Source: an uncultured Bacilli bacterium (GTDB lineage: Bacteria > Bacillota_I > Bacilli_A > RFN20 > CAG-826). From it: a stretch of DNA of 64,000 nucleotides. The notes under the pieces are model-generated. The model was not told where the DNA came from, did no database searches, and saw only the letters and a list, made by a program, of their open reading frames with translations. Both the position numbers and the translations under genes were made by a program. Position 1 is the first letter of the stretch. Each line of letters opens with the position of its first letter. The stretch spans positions 20,967 to 84,966 of the forward strand of contig CALVXI010000005.1 in the NCBI GenBank assembly GCA_944368975.1, in the 5' to 3' direction. Of the stretch, positions 40,468-49,518 are shown in pieces.

Positions 40468-41505
40468 ATGAGCGAATCAATAATGCATAAAGAAATATTA
40501 ATGATAAGAGAATCTTTAAAACTTACATATTCTTTTAATAAAGAAAAAATAATTGATTTTTGCAAGGTTTTTAAAGAAAAAAATATTAAAAATGTAATGG
40601 TTGTTGCTAGAGGAAGTAGTGATAATGTCGGTGTATATTTAAAATATTTATTTGAAATATATCTTCATATTCCTGTTAGTTTTGCTAGTAGCAGTGTTGT
40701 AACTAAATATGATTCTTACTTAAATTTTGATAAAACTTTAGTAATTGGAATTAGTCAAAGTGGAAGCGGCGAAGATATTTGTGAATTTATTAAAATGAGT
40801 AAAAAACATGGAGCTTTAACTTTAAGCATTACAAATAATCCTACATCAATAGTAAGTTTAGCAAGTGATTTTGATTTCCAACTTAATTTAACTAAAGAAG
40901 AAGGCTTAGCAGCGACCAAAACTTTTATCTCTCAGCTTGAATTAGCTTTATTATTAACTGCATATTTAGGTGAAAATAATTCTCTATTACGAGAATATGA
41001 AAAGCTTGATGAACTTATTAAAGAAGTTATTGATAATGAAAAAAATATTATTGAGATAGCAAAACAATGTATTAATTTTAATGATTGTTATTTACTTAGT
41101 AGAGGAATAAATTATGTTTCAAGCTTAGAAGGCGCCTTAAAAATTCAAGAAACTACCTATATTAAAGCTAAAGCCTATGCTAGTAGTGATTTTTATCATG
41201 GACCAATGGCAATTGTCGACGATAAACAAAATATATTTTTATTAAGTGCTTTAGGAAAAGTTAATGATGATAATCATGCAATATATAATAAAATTAAAGA
41301 GTTAGGAGCAAATATAATCATTATTAGTAACGACTCTTATTTTGATAATGAAAAAAATATAATTAAAATTCCTAACTGTGAAGAAGTTATTTCACCATTT
41401 TTAATAATTATTTCAATTCAATTATTAGCTTGTAACTTATCAAAATTAAGAGGAATAGATGTTGATCATCCTCGTAATCTAAAAAAAGTTACAGTAACTA
41501 GATAA
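40468..41505 (+). CDS. Double-SIS-domain sugar-phosphate isomerase/deaminase (GlmS C-terminal-like; AgaS/FrlB/NagB-II class)
   Basis: 345 aa with VVARGSSDN and GISQSGSGEDI (SIS phosphosugar-binding motif). A second SIS half has SRGINYVSSLEGALKIQE. Confidence 0.8.
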   Translation: MSESIMHKEILMIRESLKLTYSFNKEKIIDFCKVFKEKNIKNVMVVARGSSDNVGVYLKYLFEIYLHIPVSFASSSVVTKYDSYLNFDKTLVIGISQSGSGEDICEFIKMSKKHGALTLSITNNPTSIVSLASDFDFQLNLTKEEGLAATKTFISQLELALLLTAYLGENNSLLREYEKLDELIKEVIDNEKNIIEIAKQCINFNDCYLLSRGINYVSSLEGALKIQETTYIKAKAYASSDFYHGPMAIVDDKQNIFLLSALGKVNDDNHAIYNKIKELGANIIIISNDSYFDNEKNIIKIPNCEEVISPFLIIISIQLLACNLSKLRGIDVDHPRNLKKVTVTR

Positions 41506-41507
41506 TA

Positions 41508-42329
41508 TTAATTTTTAGATTTTATATAAAGTTGCCTAAATTGCTTTGGAGTTAAATTGGTATGAGCTTTAAATTTTCTAATATAATTATTTGCACTATT
41601 AAACCCACACTCAAGAGCAATTTCTTTGATTGATTTTGAAGATAACTTTAATAATTTCTTAGAATAATTTACTTTTAAATTAGACAAATACTCTTTATAA
41701 GTAACTCCAGTTTTCTTTTTAAAGAATTCACAAAAATAATTTTTTTGATAACCGCAAAATTCACTTAATTCTTTTAAGGTTGGATTTCTTGCAAAGTTTT
41801 TATGAATATATTTTAAAACATCATTATTACTAGAAGGTTCGATATTTCCCTTTAATTCATTTGAACCAATAATAATTAAAAGTAAAGCATTTAATAAATG
41901 AGTTAATATAAGTTCTTTGTTAGTACGACTTCCTAAGAAAATATCTTGAATCATTTCCATAATTGAACGAACTTGTTTCAAACGATGAGATGATAAATTT
42001 AAAACAATTTCATTTTGATAGTCGAGAAAATAAGTTATATTTTCTTCATCAATTAAAGAATTAGTAAAGGCAACATTAAACATTTTTAAAGGTTTAGTTG
42101 CAACTATTTGATGGTAATCAGTTGGATGAAGTAAAAATATTTTATTTGGCGAAATTGGATATTTATTGCCATTAATTACTTCATATCCTTCTCCTTCATA
42201 GCATAATTCGATTTCATAGAATTCATGAAAATGTAAAGGATACTCTTTCTCAATTGAACTTAGGACAAAGAAAATATTATTTCCATGAAGATATTCATTA
42301 CTTAAATAATTAGTTACATTTTCTTTCAT
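41508..42329 (-). CDS. AraC-family transcriptional regulator (cupin N-domain + HTH)
   Basis: N-terminal HFHEFYEIELC cupin-like sensor. C-terminal dual HTH (LKELSEFCGYQKNYFCEFFKKKTG...IALECGFNSANNYIRKFK). Confidence 0.88.
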   Translation of the reverse strand: MKENVTNYLSNEYLHGNNIFFVLSSIEKEYPLHFHEFYEIELCYEGEGYEVINGNKYPISPNKIFLLHPTDYHQIVATKPLKMFNVAFTNSLIDEENITYFLDYQNEIVLNLSSHRLKQVRSIMEMIQDIFLGSRTNKELILTHLLNALLLIIIGSNELKGNIEPSSNNDVLKYIHKNFARNPTLKELSEFCGYQKNYFCEFFKKKTGVTYKEYLSNLKVNYSKKLLKLSSKSIKEIALECGFNSANNYIRKFKAHTNLTPKQFRQLYIKSKN

Positions 42330-42588
42330 ATTGAATATTATAACATCTGTTTAAAAATAGTCAAAAATTAAGAAAAATGTCTGAAATATTGTTTATATAT
42401 CTAAATAATTTAAGAAATATTTAAACTATTTATCAATATAGTTTAACTAAACTTTCTTAATTTTTGATTATTTTAAAAATTAGTTTATAAATTATTTTAA
42501 GAAATAATATTCATATATTAATAATTTAAGATAGTTTATTTTATTTATTAAATAAATAAATCTATTATTAAATAAAGGAAAGATAATT

Positions 42589-43746
42589 ATGAAAAAAAGT
42601 TTAAAAAGTTTATTCTTAGTACTAGCTGCTAGTTTTTCTTTAATTGGAAGTGGATGTGATAAGGAGAATAATATGCCTTTATATGAAGATAATTTAATTG
42701 AAAGTTTAGATGCATTAAATACCCAAGAAATAAAATATTTAGGAAGATATACTAAAACTGAAGTGAATGGAAAAAATGCAGTATATTTTGGATTTACCAA
42801 TACTGGTTTTGAATTATTCGTTGATGTTAAAAGTGAAACCAATTCCTTATCAATGAGTTTATATAGTGAATTATTAGGTGGAGCCGAAACTCAATATTTA
42901 AAAACTTATATCGATGGTAAAGAAGATAAAAAGATTGAATTAGTTGCTGGTGAGCAAGAAATTGAACTTTATAAAAATTTACCAGCAGGAAAACATACAC
43001 TAAAAGTTTTAAAACTAAATGAAGCAAGTGTTTCTAAATTAGGAGTTTATGAATTTTCTTATGAAGGGGAAATTGAATTTTATAGTAGAACCTATAAAGA
43101 GGAACCTAAATTAATCGAATTTTATGGCGATAGTTTAACTTGTGGCTATGGTAATATTGGAACTCCAGACATTAAAACTTTTAGAACTCAAGACGAAGAT
43201 GGTAGCTTAACTTATGCTCAACTTGTTGCTGATCGCTTAGGTTATGAATCAAGTTTAGTTGCTTGGAGTGGAATTGCTTTAAGTGAAATTTTAGCTCCAT
43301 ATGGTGTAGATATGATGGACCATTATAATACTGTTGAAGGCACAATCCCATTTGATATGAGTAAATCAACGCCTGATATTGTAGTATTTAATTTAGGTAG
43401 TAATGATGATGGTGGTTATGAAAATTTAACTAGTGAACAAAGAGAATTAGGAATCCAAGAATTTATACATAACTATGAAATTATCACCACAGAAATAAAA
43501 AATGCTAATCCAAATTGTGTATTTATTTCTTGTTATAATATGTGCTTTAATATTCGAAATGCGTTAGTAGATGCTATTGAAGAAGCAACAGATAATTTAA
43601 ATAAAAAATATGGTGAAAATACTGCTTTTACTTTAAAATTCCAAGGCAATCAAAGTGGAGCAAATGGTCATCCAAATTTAATGGGTCATCAAATGTCAGC
43701 TGATAGACTTTATAAATTTATAGTCGATAATAATTTAAATAAATAA
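42589..43746 (+). CDS. Lipoprotein SGNH/GDSL esterase, carbohydrate-esterase-2-like (N-terminal beta-sandwich + esterase)
   Basis: Lipobox LIGSGCD. Block I FYGDSLTCGYG. Block V GANGHPNLMGH. 385 aa. Confidence 0.75.
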   Translation: MKKSLKSLFLVLAASFSLIGSGCDKENNMPLYEDNLIESLDALNTQEIKYLGRYTKTEVNGKNAVYFGFTNTGFELFVDVKSETNSLSMSLYSELLGGAETQYLKTYIDGKEDKKIELVAGEQEIELYKNLPAGKHTLKVLKLNEASVSKLGVYEFSYEGEIEFYSRTYKEEPKLIEFYGDSLTCGYGNIGTPDIKTFRTQDEDGSLTYAQLVADRLGYESSLVAWSGIALSEILAPYGVDMMDHYNTVEGTIPFDMSKSTPDIVVFNLGSNDDGGYENLTSEQRELGIQEFIHNYEIITTEIKNANPNCVFISCYNMCFNIRNALVDAIEEATDNLNKKYGENTAFTLKFQGNQSGANGHPNLMGHQMSADRLYKFIVDNNLNK

Positions 43747-43759
43747 AAATTAATTTATA

Positions 43760-43789
43760 TTGAATTGTCAAAAATTAAGAAATTATACT
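43760..43789 (+). promoter_or_regulatory. Candidate promoter with embedded repeated operator motif
   Basis: TTGAAT-18-TATACT. The spacer is the motif TGTCAAAAATTAAGAAAT, which recurs at 42360-75, in inverted form at 42453-67, and in degenerate form at 51461-76. Confidence 0.4.
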
Positions 43790-43854
43790 AATTTAATATA
43801 TATTTAAATTTAATTTAAATATAATAAATTTGGTTATATATTTAGGAGATTTAT

Positions 43855-45819
43855 ATGAAAAAATTGCCATTTTTTCTAGTTTTAATGACTACCTTTTTAA
43901 GTAGTGGTTTATTAACAAAAGTTAATAATGATAATACTTTAGTTAATAATCAAGTTGTTCAAAAAAGAGCCATTAACACTAATGTGTTAGAAACATCTTT
44001 TAATGAAACAACTAAACATGATACTAATGTTTTAAGTCCTGTATTTATTAATACTTTCATTGATTCATTAGATAGCTTAATTAATTATAGTAATGATGAA
44101 AGTATTAGACCAAGTAATGTTATTTTAAGAGTAAATAGTGATTTAATGCTAGTAGATGAAAATGGTAAATTACTTATTAATAGTACTTATAGTAATGGGT
44201 TATCATTTAAAGATGCTTATGACATTTTTATTAAAACTAAAATGTTACCTGTAATTTATTTTAATGATGCTAATACAAAAGATGCACTTATTAATTTTCT
44301 TAATAATACAATGTGCCCTATTGATATGGCAGTTTGTTCAAGTAATGCTGAGCTATTAAAAGAAGTAAGAAGTAAAGATAATGGCGAAGCAATTCGAGGA
44401 ATATATGATGTAAGTAATAATAATCAAATTACAAAAGAAGAAATGGTTAAAATCGCTAATACTTCCTATGCTAATACCATTATTTTAAATGATTCCCAAG
44501 CTAGTGAAGAAACTATACGTTACTTAGAAAGTAGATTTAAATCAGTTTGGGTAATTAATAGTGAATATAGTGATTTAGAAATAGCTAGATTAATAACAGA
44601 TGGAGTTTATGGAATTGTTACTTCTAATGTAAGTGAAGCAATAAATGTATTTGAATATTTTAATGACACCGAGAATAAACTTTATAATGTGAATAGACCT
44701 GCTTTTAATATAGCTCATAGAGGTAATCCAATTACTAATTATACAAATTCTTTAGAAGGCTTTATTGAATCTTATGAGAAAGGTGCAACTCATATCGAAT
44801 TAGATATTATGACCACTAAAGATAATAAGTTAGTTATAATGCATGATAGTGAATTATCAATATCAACTAATGGAAAAGGGAATGTTGCAGATTTAACTAG
44901 TGAAGAAATAAAGCAATACAAAATTACAAAAAACGCCAATCAAATGGTTATTGGAGACGGAGTTGAAATTCCATTTTTAGATGATGTTTTTAAAGAATTT
45001 AAAGGTAATGGAAAAATAATTGTTGTTGAAATTAAAGATAGCAATGTTAATACTGTCAATAATTTAAAAACATATTTAGATGAATATGATATGTATGATC
45101 AGGTTGTTTGTATTGCTTTTGATAATGCGCAACTTGTTAGATGCAAAGAAATTATTCCAGAAGTTCCTTGTGCGACATTAAATAATATGAGTGAAAGTAT
45201 GTTTAACGATCCATCTGGATTAGGTGTAATAAGTTTAAATAGAAATAATTATTCAAATGACTTTAATAAAGGTGTTTTTAATGAGAACTTTGATTTTAAT
45301 CTTGCTGAAAGAGGATTTTTAGGTTTTTATTGGACTTATTCAAATATTGCTGAAATATATACAGGAATAAATAATGGAGTACTTGGAATAACTAATGATT
45401 ATTGTACAACTTTTGAGACTTTCCCTACAAAATTATTATCTCCTGAGGATTTAGTTTTATCTTCAATTGATGAACTTGATGAAAAAACCTTTGAATTAAA
45501 TTATCTTCAATATAATGGAGAAGTAAGTGAAAAAACTATTGAGTCAAAAGCTTTTATCACAAGAAATAATAATGATGGTACAGTAAGTGCGATACTTTCT
45601 GGTTATTTCCTTGGGCCAAATGGTTCACCAAGATATCGTGGAACTTATTTTACAGATGAAATTATATTCAAAATAAATTCTAGTAGTAGCGATGATACTA
45701 ATGGTGATAATAATTTAGGTCTTATATTAGGTATTAGTATTCCTGTTGGTGTAATTTTGATTGGTTCTGGAATAGCAATTCCATTAATACTTAAAAAGAA
45801 AAAAGAGAAAAATAATTAA
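43855..45819 (+). CDS. Surface-anchored glycerophosphodiester phosphodiesterase (GDPD) family protein
   Basis: Signal peptide. Catalytic GDPD block FNIAHRGNP...THIELDIMTTKDNKLVIMHD. The N-terminal half looks like a degenerate second GDPD-like barrel (ends GVYGIVTSN). C-terminal TM helix plus KKKKEKNN tail. Confidence 0.8.
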   Translation: MKKLPFFLVLMTTFLSSGLLTKVNNDNTLVNNQVVQKRAINTNVLETSFNETTKHDTNVLSPVFINTFIDSLDSLINYSNDESIRPSNVILRVNSDLMLVDENGKLLINSTYSNGLSFKDAYDIFIKTKMLPVIYFNDANTKDALINFLNNTMCPIDMAVCSSNAELLKEVRSKDNGEAIRGIYDVSNNNQITKEEMVKIANTSYANTIILNDSQASEETIRYLESRFKSVWVINSEYSDLEIARLITDGVYGIVTSNVSEAINVFEYFNDTENKLYNVNRPAFNIAHRGNPITNYTNSLEGFIESYEKGATHIELDIMTTKDNKLVIMHDSELSISTNGKGNVADLTSEEIKQYKITKNANQMVIGDGVEIPFLDDVFKEFKGNGKIIVVEIKDSNVNTVNNLKTYLDEYDMYDQVVCIAFDNAQLVRCKEIIPEVPCATLNNMSESMFNDPSGLGVISLNRNNYSNDFNKGVFNENFDFNLAERGFLGFYWTYSNIAEIYTGINNGVLGITNDYCTTFETFPTKLLSPEDLVLSSIDELDEKTFELNYLQYNGEVSEKTIESKAFITRNNNDGTVSAILSGYFLGPNGSPRYRGTYFTDEIIFKINSSSSDDTNGDNNLGLILGISIPVGVILIGSGIAIPLILKKKKEKNN

Positions 45820-45835
45820 GTTTTGAGGGGTTTTT

Positions 45836-47467
45836 ATGAAAAGAAAGATTATTTATGCATTTAGTTTAATTACATTTTTATCTATTGGTGGTGTGAGTTT
45901 AGTTTCATGCGACCCTGAAATAAATGAAGTTGAAGAAACAAAATATAAAGTTAATTTTACAAATACAAATGATTATGAAATTTATGGAATTAACACTGAA
46001 GGTTATTTAGAAAATGAAATAGTTAATTTTGAAATTAATGTGTTAAATGAAAATTTAATGATAAACGAAGTTAAAACTGATGATTCTATTTTAAATAGTG
46101 AAACTAATAAATATAGTTTTACGATGCCAAATAAAGATGTAACAATTACTGTCTCTTTAAAAAATAAATCAATATTTGATTTAGCTAGTCCAGGTAATAA
46201 TAAGAATTACCCTGATAAACTAGAAGATTTTACTCCTACTGAATTTGAAGAGGATACTTTTAAAGAAGCAAGTAAGGAAGCTTTAGGTGATGGAGTAAAT
46301 CATATTGTCTATACATTTAATTTAAATAATAATCATGAAGTTCATGCTAATATAATTGAAGTAGATTTAACTAAAGCAACATTAACAACTAATTATGCTA
46401 CTAATGGTATTGCTACCCCATATAGTCAATTATTAGACTATGAAGCTAAAACTAATAAAAAAGTAATGGCAATAACAAATGGAGATTTCTTTGCTACTGG
46501 AGTTGGAACAAGCGTTAATGCTTATGCTCTTAATAATAAGATTATTAAAGCCGGTCATAATGATAATGGGATATATGATTATAAAAATCCTCAAAGTGAT
46601 ATTCCTGCTTCGAATCCAATGTTAATAGGAATAAGTGGAGAAACAGCCTTAATTTCAAGTATACTTGATACTGATTCTAAAGAAGAATGTATTAAATCAC
46701 AGTTAAGTTATTCCATAGTTTATGAAGATAATGGTGAAGTTAAAACTTTAGATCATGTCCTTAATACTGGTAATAATTTATCAAGTAATAATGATTATTT
46801 ATTAATAACATCTGATATGAGTATTAATTTAGAAGGGAATCAATATTTATATAAAATTAAGTATTCTGATACTCAAAATGTTATTACTGAAGGTTATATT
46901 GAAGAAATTATTAATTATGGTATAGATTTAAGTTATCAAATTAGTGATACAAATGAATATTTTTATTTACTTAGTAATGAAGAATTAACTTTTAAAGTTA
47001 ATGATAGAGTAGGTTATACATTAAATAGTGACGATGGAACCTTTAAATTTTATAAAGATATTATAGGTGGGCGTCAATCTTTAGTTGAAAATGGTGAGAT
47101 AGCTAAAACTGTATATGAAGAAAATACTAATGGAGCTCAAACTAGTAATATTCCTCGAACAGCAGTTGGAGTAAAAGATGAACATACTGTTTTACTTTGT
47201 TCTATAGAGAGCTTAAGATATGGAAGTAAAGCTACGAGTGATTCTGATCCATATGGTGTTGATTTACCTGAATTAGCGGAGTTTATGCGATATATAGGAT
47301 GCTATGACGCTATGAATTTTGATGGAGGCGGTTCAACACAACTTATTACCAAAAATAATAATGGTGAAGGGGAAGCCAAAGTTAAAGTTAGAAGTAGTGA
47401 CTATGGCACTTATGAATTAAATGATTCACGTAGAGTTTACAATACTGTTATTATTTCCACAAAGTAA
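45836..47467 (+). CDS. Lipoprotein, phosphodiester glycosidase family (NAGPA/DUF2233-like)
   Basis: Lipobox VSLVSCD. ITNGDFF, PRTAVGV and AMNFDGGGSTQL motifs. N-terminal ~75-aa beta domain is shared with the next lipoprotein. Confidence 0.8.
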   Translation: MKRKIIYAFSLITFLSIGGVSLVSCDPEINEVEETKYKVNFTNTNDYEIYGINTEGYLENEIVNFEINVLNENLMINEVKTDDSILNSETNKYSFTMPNKDVTITVSLKNKSIFDLASPGNNKNYPDKLEDFTPTEFEEDTFKEASKEALGDGVNHIVYTFNLNNNHEVHANIIEVDLTKATLTTNYATNGIATPYSQLLDYEAKTNKKVMAITNGDFFATGVGTSVNAYALNNKIIKAGHNDNGIYDYKNPQSDIPASNPMLIGISGETALISSILDTDSKEECIKSQLSYSIVYEDNGEVKTLDHVLNTGNNLSSNNDYLLITSDMSINLEGNQYLYKIKYSDTQNVITEGYIEEIINYGIDLSYQISDTNEYFYLLSNEELTFKVNDRVGYTLNSDDGTFKFYKDIIGGRQSLVENGEIAKTVYEENTNGAQTSNIPRTAVGVKDEHTVLLCSIESLRYGSKATSDSDPYGVDLPELAEFMRYIGCYDAMNFDGGGSTQLITKNNNGEGEAKVKVRSSDYGTYELNDSRRVYNTVIISTK

Positions 47468-47563
47468 ATTAACAAATATTAAGATTTTTTGTTAAATATT
47501 TAATTAATTATCAATAAATATTAACTTTTAACATAATTTAATTATAATAATTATGTAAGCGCT

Positions 47564-47577
47564 TACATTTGGTAAGC
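47564..47577 (+). promoter_or_regulatory. Catabolite-responsive element (cre)
   Basis: TGTAAGCGCTTACA is a perfect palindromic match to TGWAANCGNTNWCA. It lies 28 nt upstream of the ATG at 47606, just downstream of a TATAAT box. Confidence 0.7.
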
Positions 47578-47605
47578 AAATAGAAATTTAAAAAGGAGAA
47601 TAATA

Positions 47606-49492
47606 ATGAAAAAAAGATTTCTATCAGTTGTAACTATTAGTGCACTAGTTGCTTTAGGTACTTTTGCAGTTACATCATGTCAACCAGAAACTCCTGTTGA
47701 AACGACAAAATATAAAGTCACATATTCCACGGGGGGGGGTTATAATTTAACTGGTTTAAAAACTGAAGGTTACGCTGAAGGTGAAACTGTTACTTTTAAA
47801 GTTGAACCTGATAGCGGTAAACGTGTTACTGAAGTAAAAGCTGGAAGTGAAACTTTAACAGCAAACGCAAGTGGCGAATATTCCTTCACAATGGGAACAA
47901 GTGATGTCACAATCACTGTTACCGTTGAAGATATTCCTACTGATGCCACTATTACTTTAGATAAAGAAGCAATTAGAATTGATGAACTTGGAAAAACTGA
48001 AACTATTACTGCAACAGTAACTAATTTCACCGGAACAATTGAATGGACTACTACTGATGCAACAAAGATTTCAATTACACCAAGTGCTGATGGAAAGACT
48101 TGTACAGTAACTAATGTTGGTGGTGGATCAGCTGTAGTTACAGCAACTGCTGGAACAGCTAAAGCTAACGTCGCAGTTACTGGATCAACATATGGTGATA
48201 CAAGAAAATCGTATACAATTTATAATGCAAATGGTGATGTAATATTAGATGATGTAAAAGGATTGTGGAATGCAATCGGAAAACTTGAAGCAAACACATC
48301 TAGATTAAATGGTTATATTACAGAAAAAGGGTCTGAAGATGTTATCTATACATGCGACGACCATTGGCTCAAATCTATGGGTAAAAACGGTAAGACAACT
48401 GAAGTTGATGGATTACCAGGGTTTGAAAATGGTGATGTTCCTGGATGGTTTTCAGGATATCCAACTGCTCAGGCTGATGATTTGCAGGAAGCTAATATTA
48501 TTGTAGGACAAAAGGCAAGCGGATCATATAAAACATTTAATGGTAGAGCAACAAATTGGGATGGAAGTTTATTTGCTGATAAAGGAAAAGGATATTACAC
48601 ATCACAAGATGGTAAGTATCCAGGAAACGATGTTTATAGTGGATGGAGAGGAAGTTATTATATAGCTTCCGTCACAACAGCTCAATATGTTTCTTGGGCT
48701 GATGCAGCTAAATGGAGCGCTATTGATATAACTTGGGATTTGTCTAACTCAACAATTACTCCATCATACAATGAGGAACAAGGTGCTTTTGCTCAACTTT
48801 ATGTTGGCTCTTCATTCTTAATTAGTAAGTTCTCCGGAATGTATTTTTATGCAGGTACAATGGAAGAAAATAAGAATTTAGAAGATGGAACAACAAGAGA
48901 TATTTATACTTTTACTGAAACGCTTGGAAAAGGAAGCGACGCTCTTATTACAGCTAAGTTTGGTGCAGATAGAACTATTAATGAGGAAGTGTCGATTGGT
49001 AAGGCTGTTTGGGATTCATTTAATAAGGTTTGGACATTCCCAGATGTTACAATTAATTTAAGAACAGATATCTATTTCACTGGTGAGGATACTGAAAATC
49101 CTACAGCAAATTATCATAGAGTTAATACTATAACTGGTTACTCTGATGGCGAAAAAGTAAATAGTGTTGAATATGATTTTGATTATGGTCAATCACTACC
49201 TAGAATTAGAAATGAAGCTGGCGAGTCTCAACAAGAAAGAACAGATTATGGTGCTTCCTTAACTCCAGAATATGGAGATAGTATTGCGGACTTAAATTGT
49301 GGCGCTAAATGGACAAATTTAGTTCAAACAAAATCTGCAGCATATGATTTAGAAGATAAAGAAATTGTTAATTTACAATTCTTTGAAGGAAGAACTGTTA
49401 ATAGTGGTTGTCAGACAGCATTATTAGGTTCAGATTGTTTAACTGGCTATCTTGATGCTAATAGAAACTCAGTTTATAATTTTGAATATTAA
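47606..49492 (+). CDS. Surface lipoprotein: N-terminal beta domain + Big_2-like Ig domain + orphan C-terminal domain
   Basis: Lipobox FAVTSCQ. Big_2-like ITLDKEAIRIDELGKTETITATV...VTATAGTAKANVAVT. The C-terminal ~430 aa are paralogous to the ORFs at 51560 and 53085. Visibly more G+C than its neighbours. Confidence 0.8.
   Translation: MKKRFLSVVTISALVALGTFAVTSCQPETPVETTKYKVTYSTGGGYNLTGLKTEGYAEGETVTFKVEPDSGKRVTEVKAGSETLTANASGEYSFTMGTSDVTITVTVEDIPTDATITLDKEAIRIDELGKTETITATVTNFTGTIEWTTTDATKISITPSADGKTCTVTNVGGGSAVVTATAGTAKANVAVTGSTYGDTRKSYTIYNANGDVILDDVKGLWNAIGKLEANTSRLNGYITEKGSEDVIYTCDDHWLKSMGKNGKTTEVDGLPGFENGDVPGWFSGYPTAQADDLQEANIIVGQKASGSYKTFNGRATNWDGSLFADKGKGYYTSQDGKYPGNDVYSGWRGSYYIASVTTAQYVSWADAAKWSAIDITWDLSNSTITPSYNEEQGAFAQLYVGSSFLISKFSGMYFYAGTMEENKNLEDGTTRDIYTFTETLGKGSDALITAKFGADRTINEEVSIGKAVWDSFNKVWTFPDVTINLRTDIYFTGEDTENPTANYHRVNTITGYSDGEKVNSVEYDFDYGQSLPRIRNEAGESQQERTDYGASLTPEYGDSIADLNCGAKWTNLVQTKSAAYDLEDKEIVNLQFFEGRTVNSGCQTALLGSDCLTGYLDANRNSVYNFEY
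47731..47739 (+). repeat. Poly-G (G9) homopolymer inside the lipoprotein coding sequence
   Basis: ccacGGGGGGGGGttat encodes T-G-G-G at codons ~42-45, just after the signal peptide. It is a striking outlier in this AT-rich sequence. Confidence 0.9.
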
Positions 49493-49518
49493 TCAAATAT
49501 AAAAACAATTTATAACTT

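Noticed and set aside
37849-41505. Idea that the L-box transporter plus the downstream SIS gene form a fructoselysine (frl-like) pathway.
   Set aside because: There is no FrlD-type kinase or FrlR. An 83-nt gap precedes the SIS gene, which has its own RBS. The SIS protein fits better with the adjacent amino-sugar locus. I left this as a remote possibility only.
42492-42842. 116-aa minus-strand ORF spanning the AraC-esterase intergenic region and the esterase 5' end.
   Set aside because: It is antisense to a well-supported lipoprotein gene. Its translation is AT-rich and low complexity, and it has no RBS.
47468-47500. Hairpin TTAACAAA...TTTGTTAA after the phosphodiester glycosidase gene as a terminator.
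   Set aside because: The stem is all A/T, very weak, and has no convincing T-run. It cannot be distinguished from background in AT-rich DNA.
49493-49518. Missing RBS and weak signal peptide at the start of the second GDPD gene as evidence for a pseudogene.
   Set aside because: The ORF is uninterrupted for 650 codons with an intact catalytic block and C-terminal anchor. The evidence is insufficient to call it decayed.
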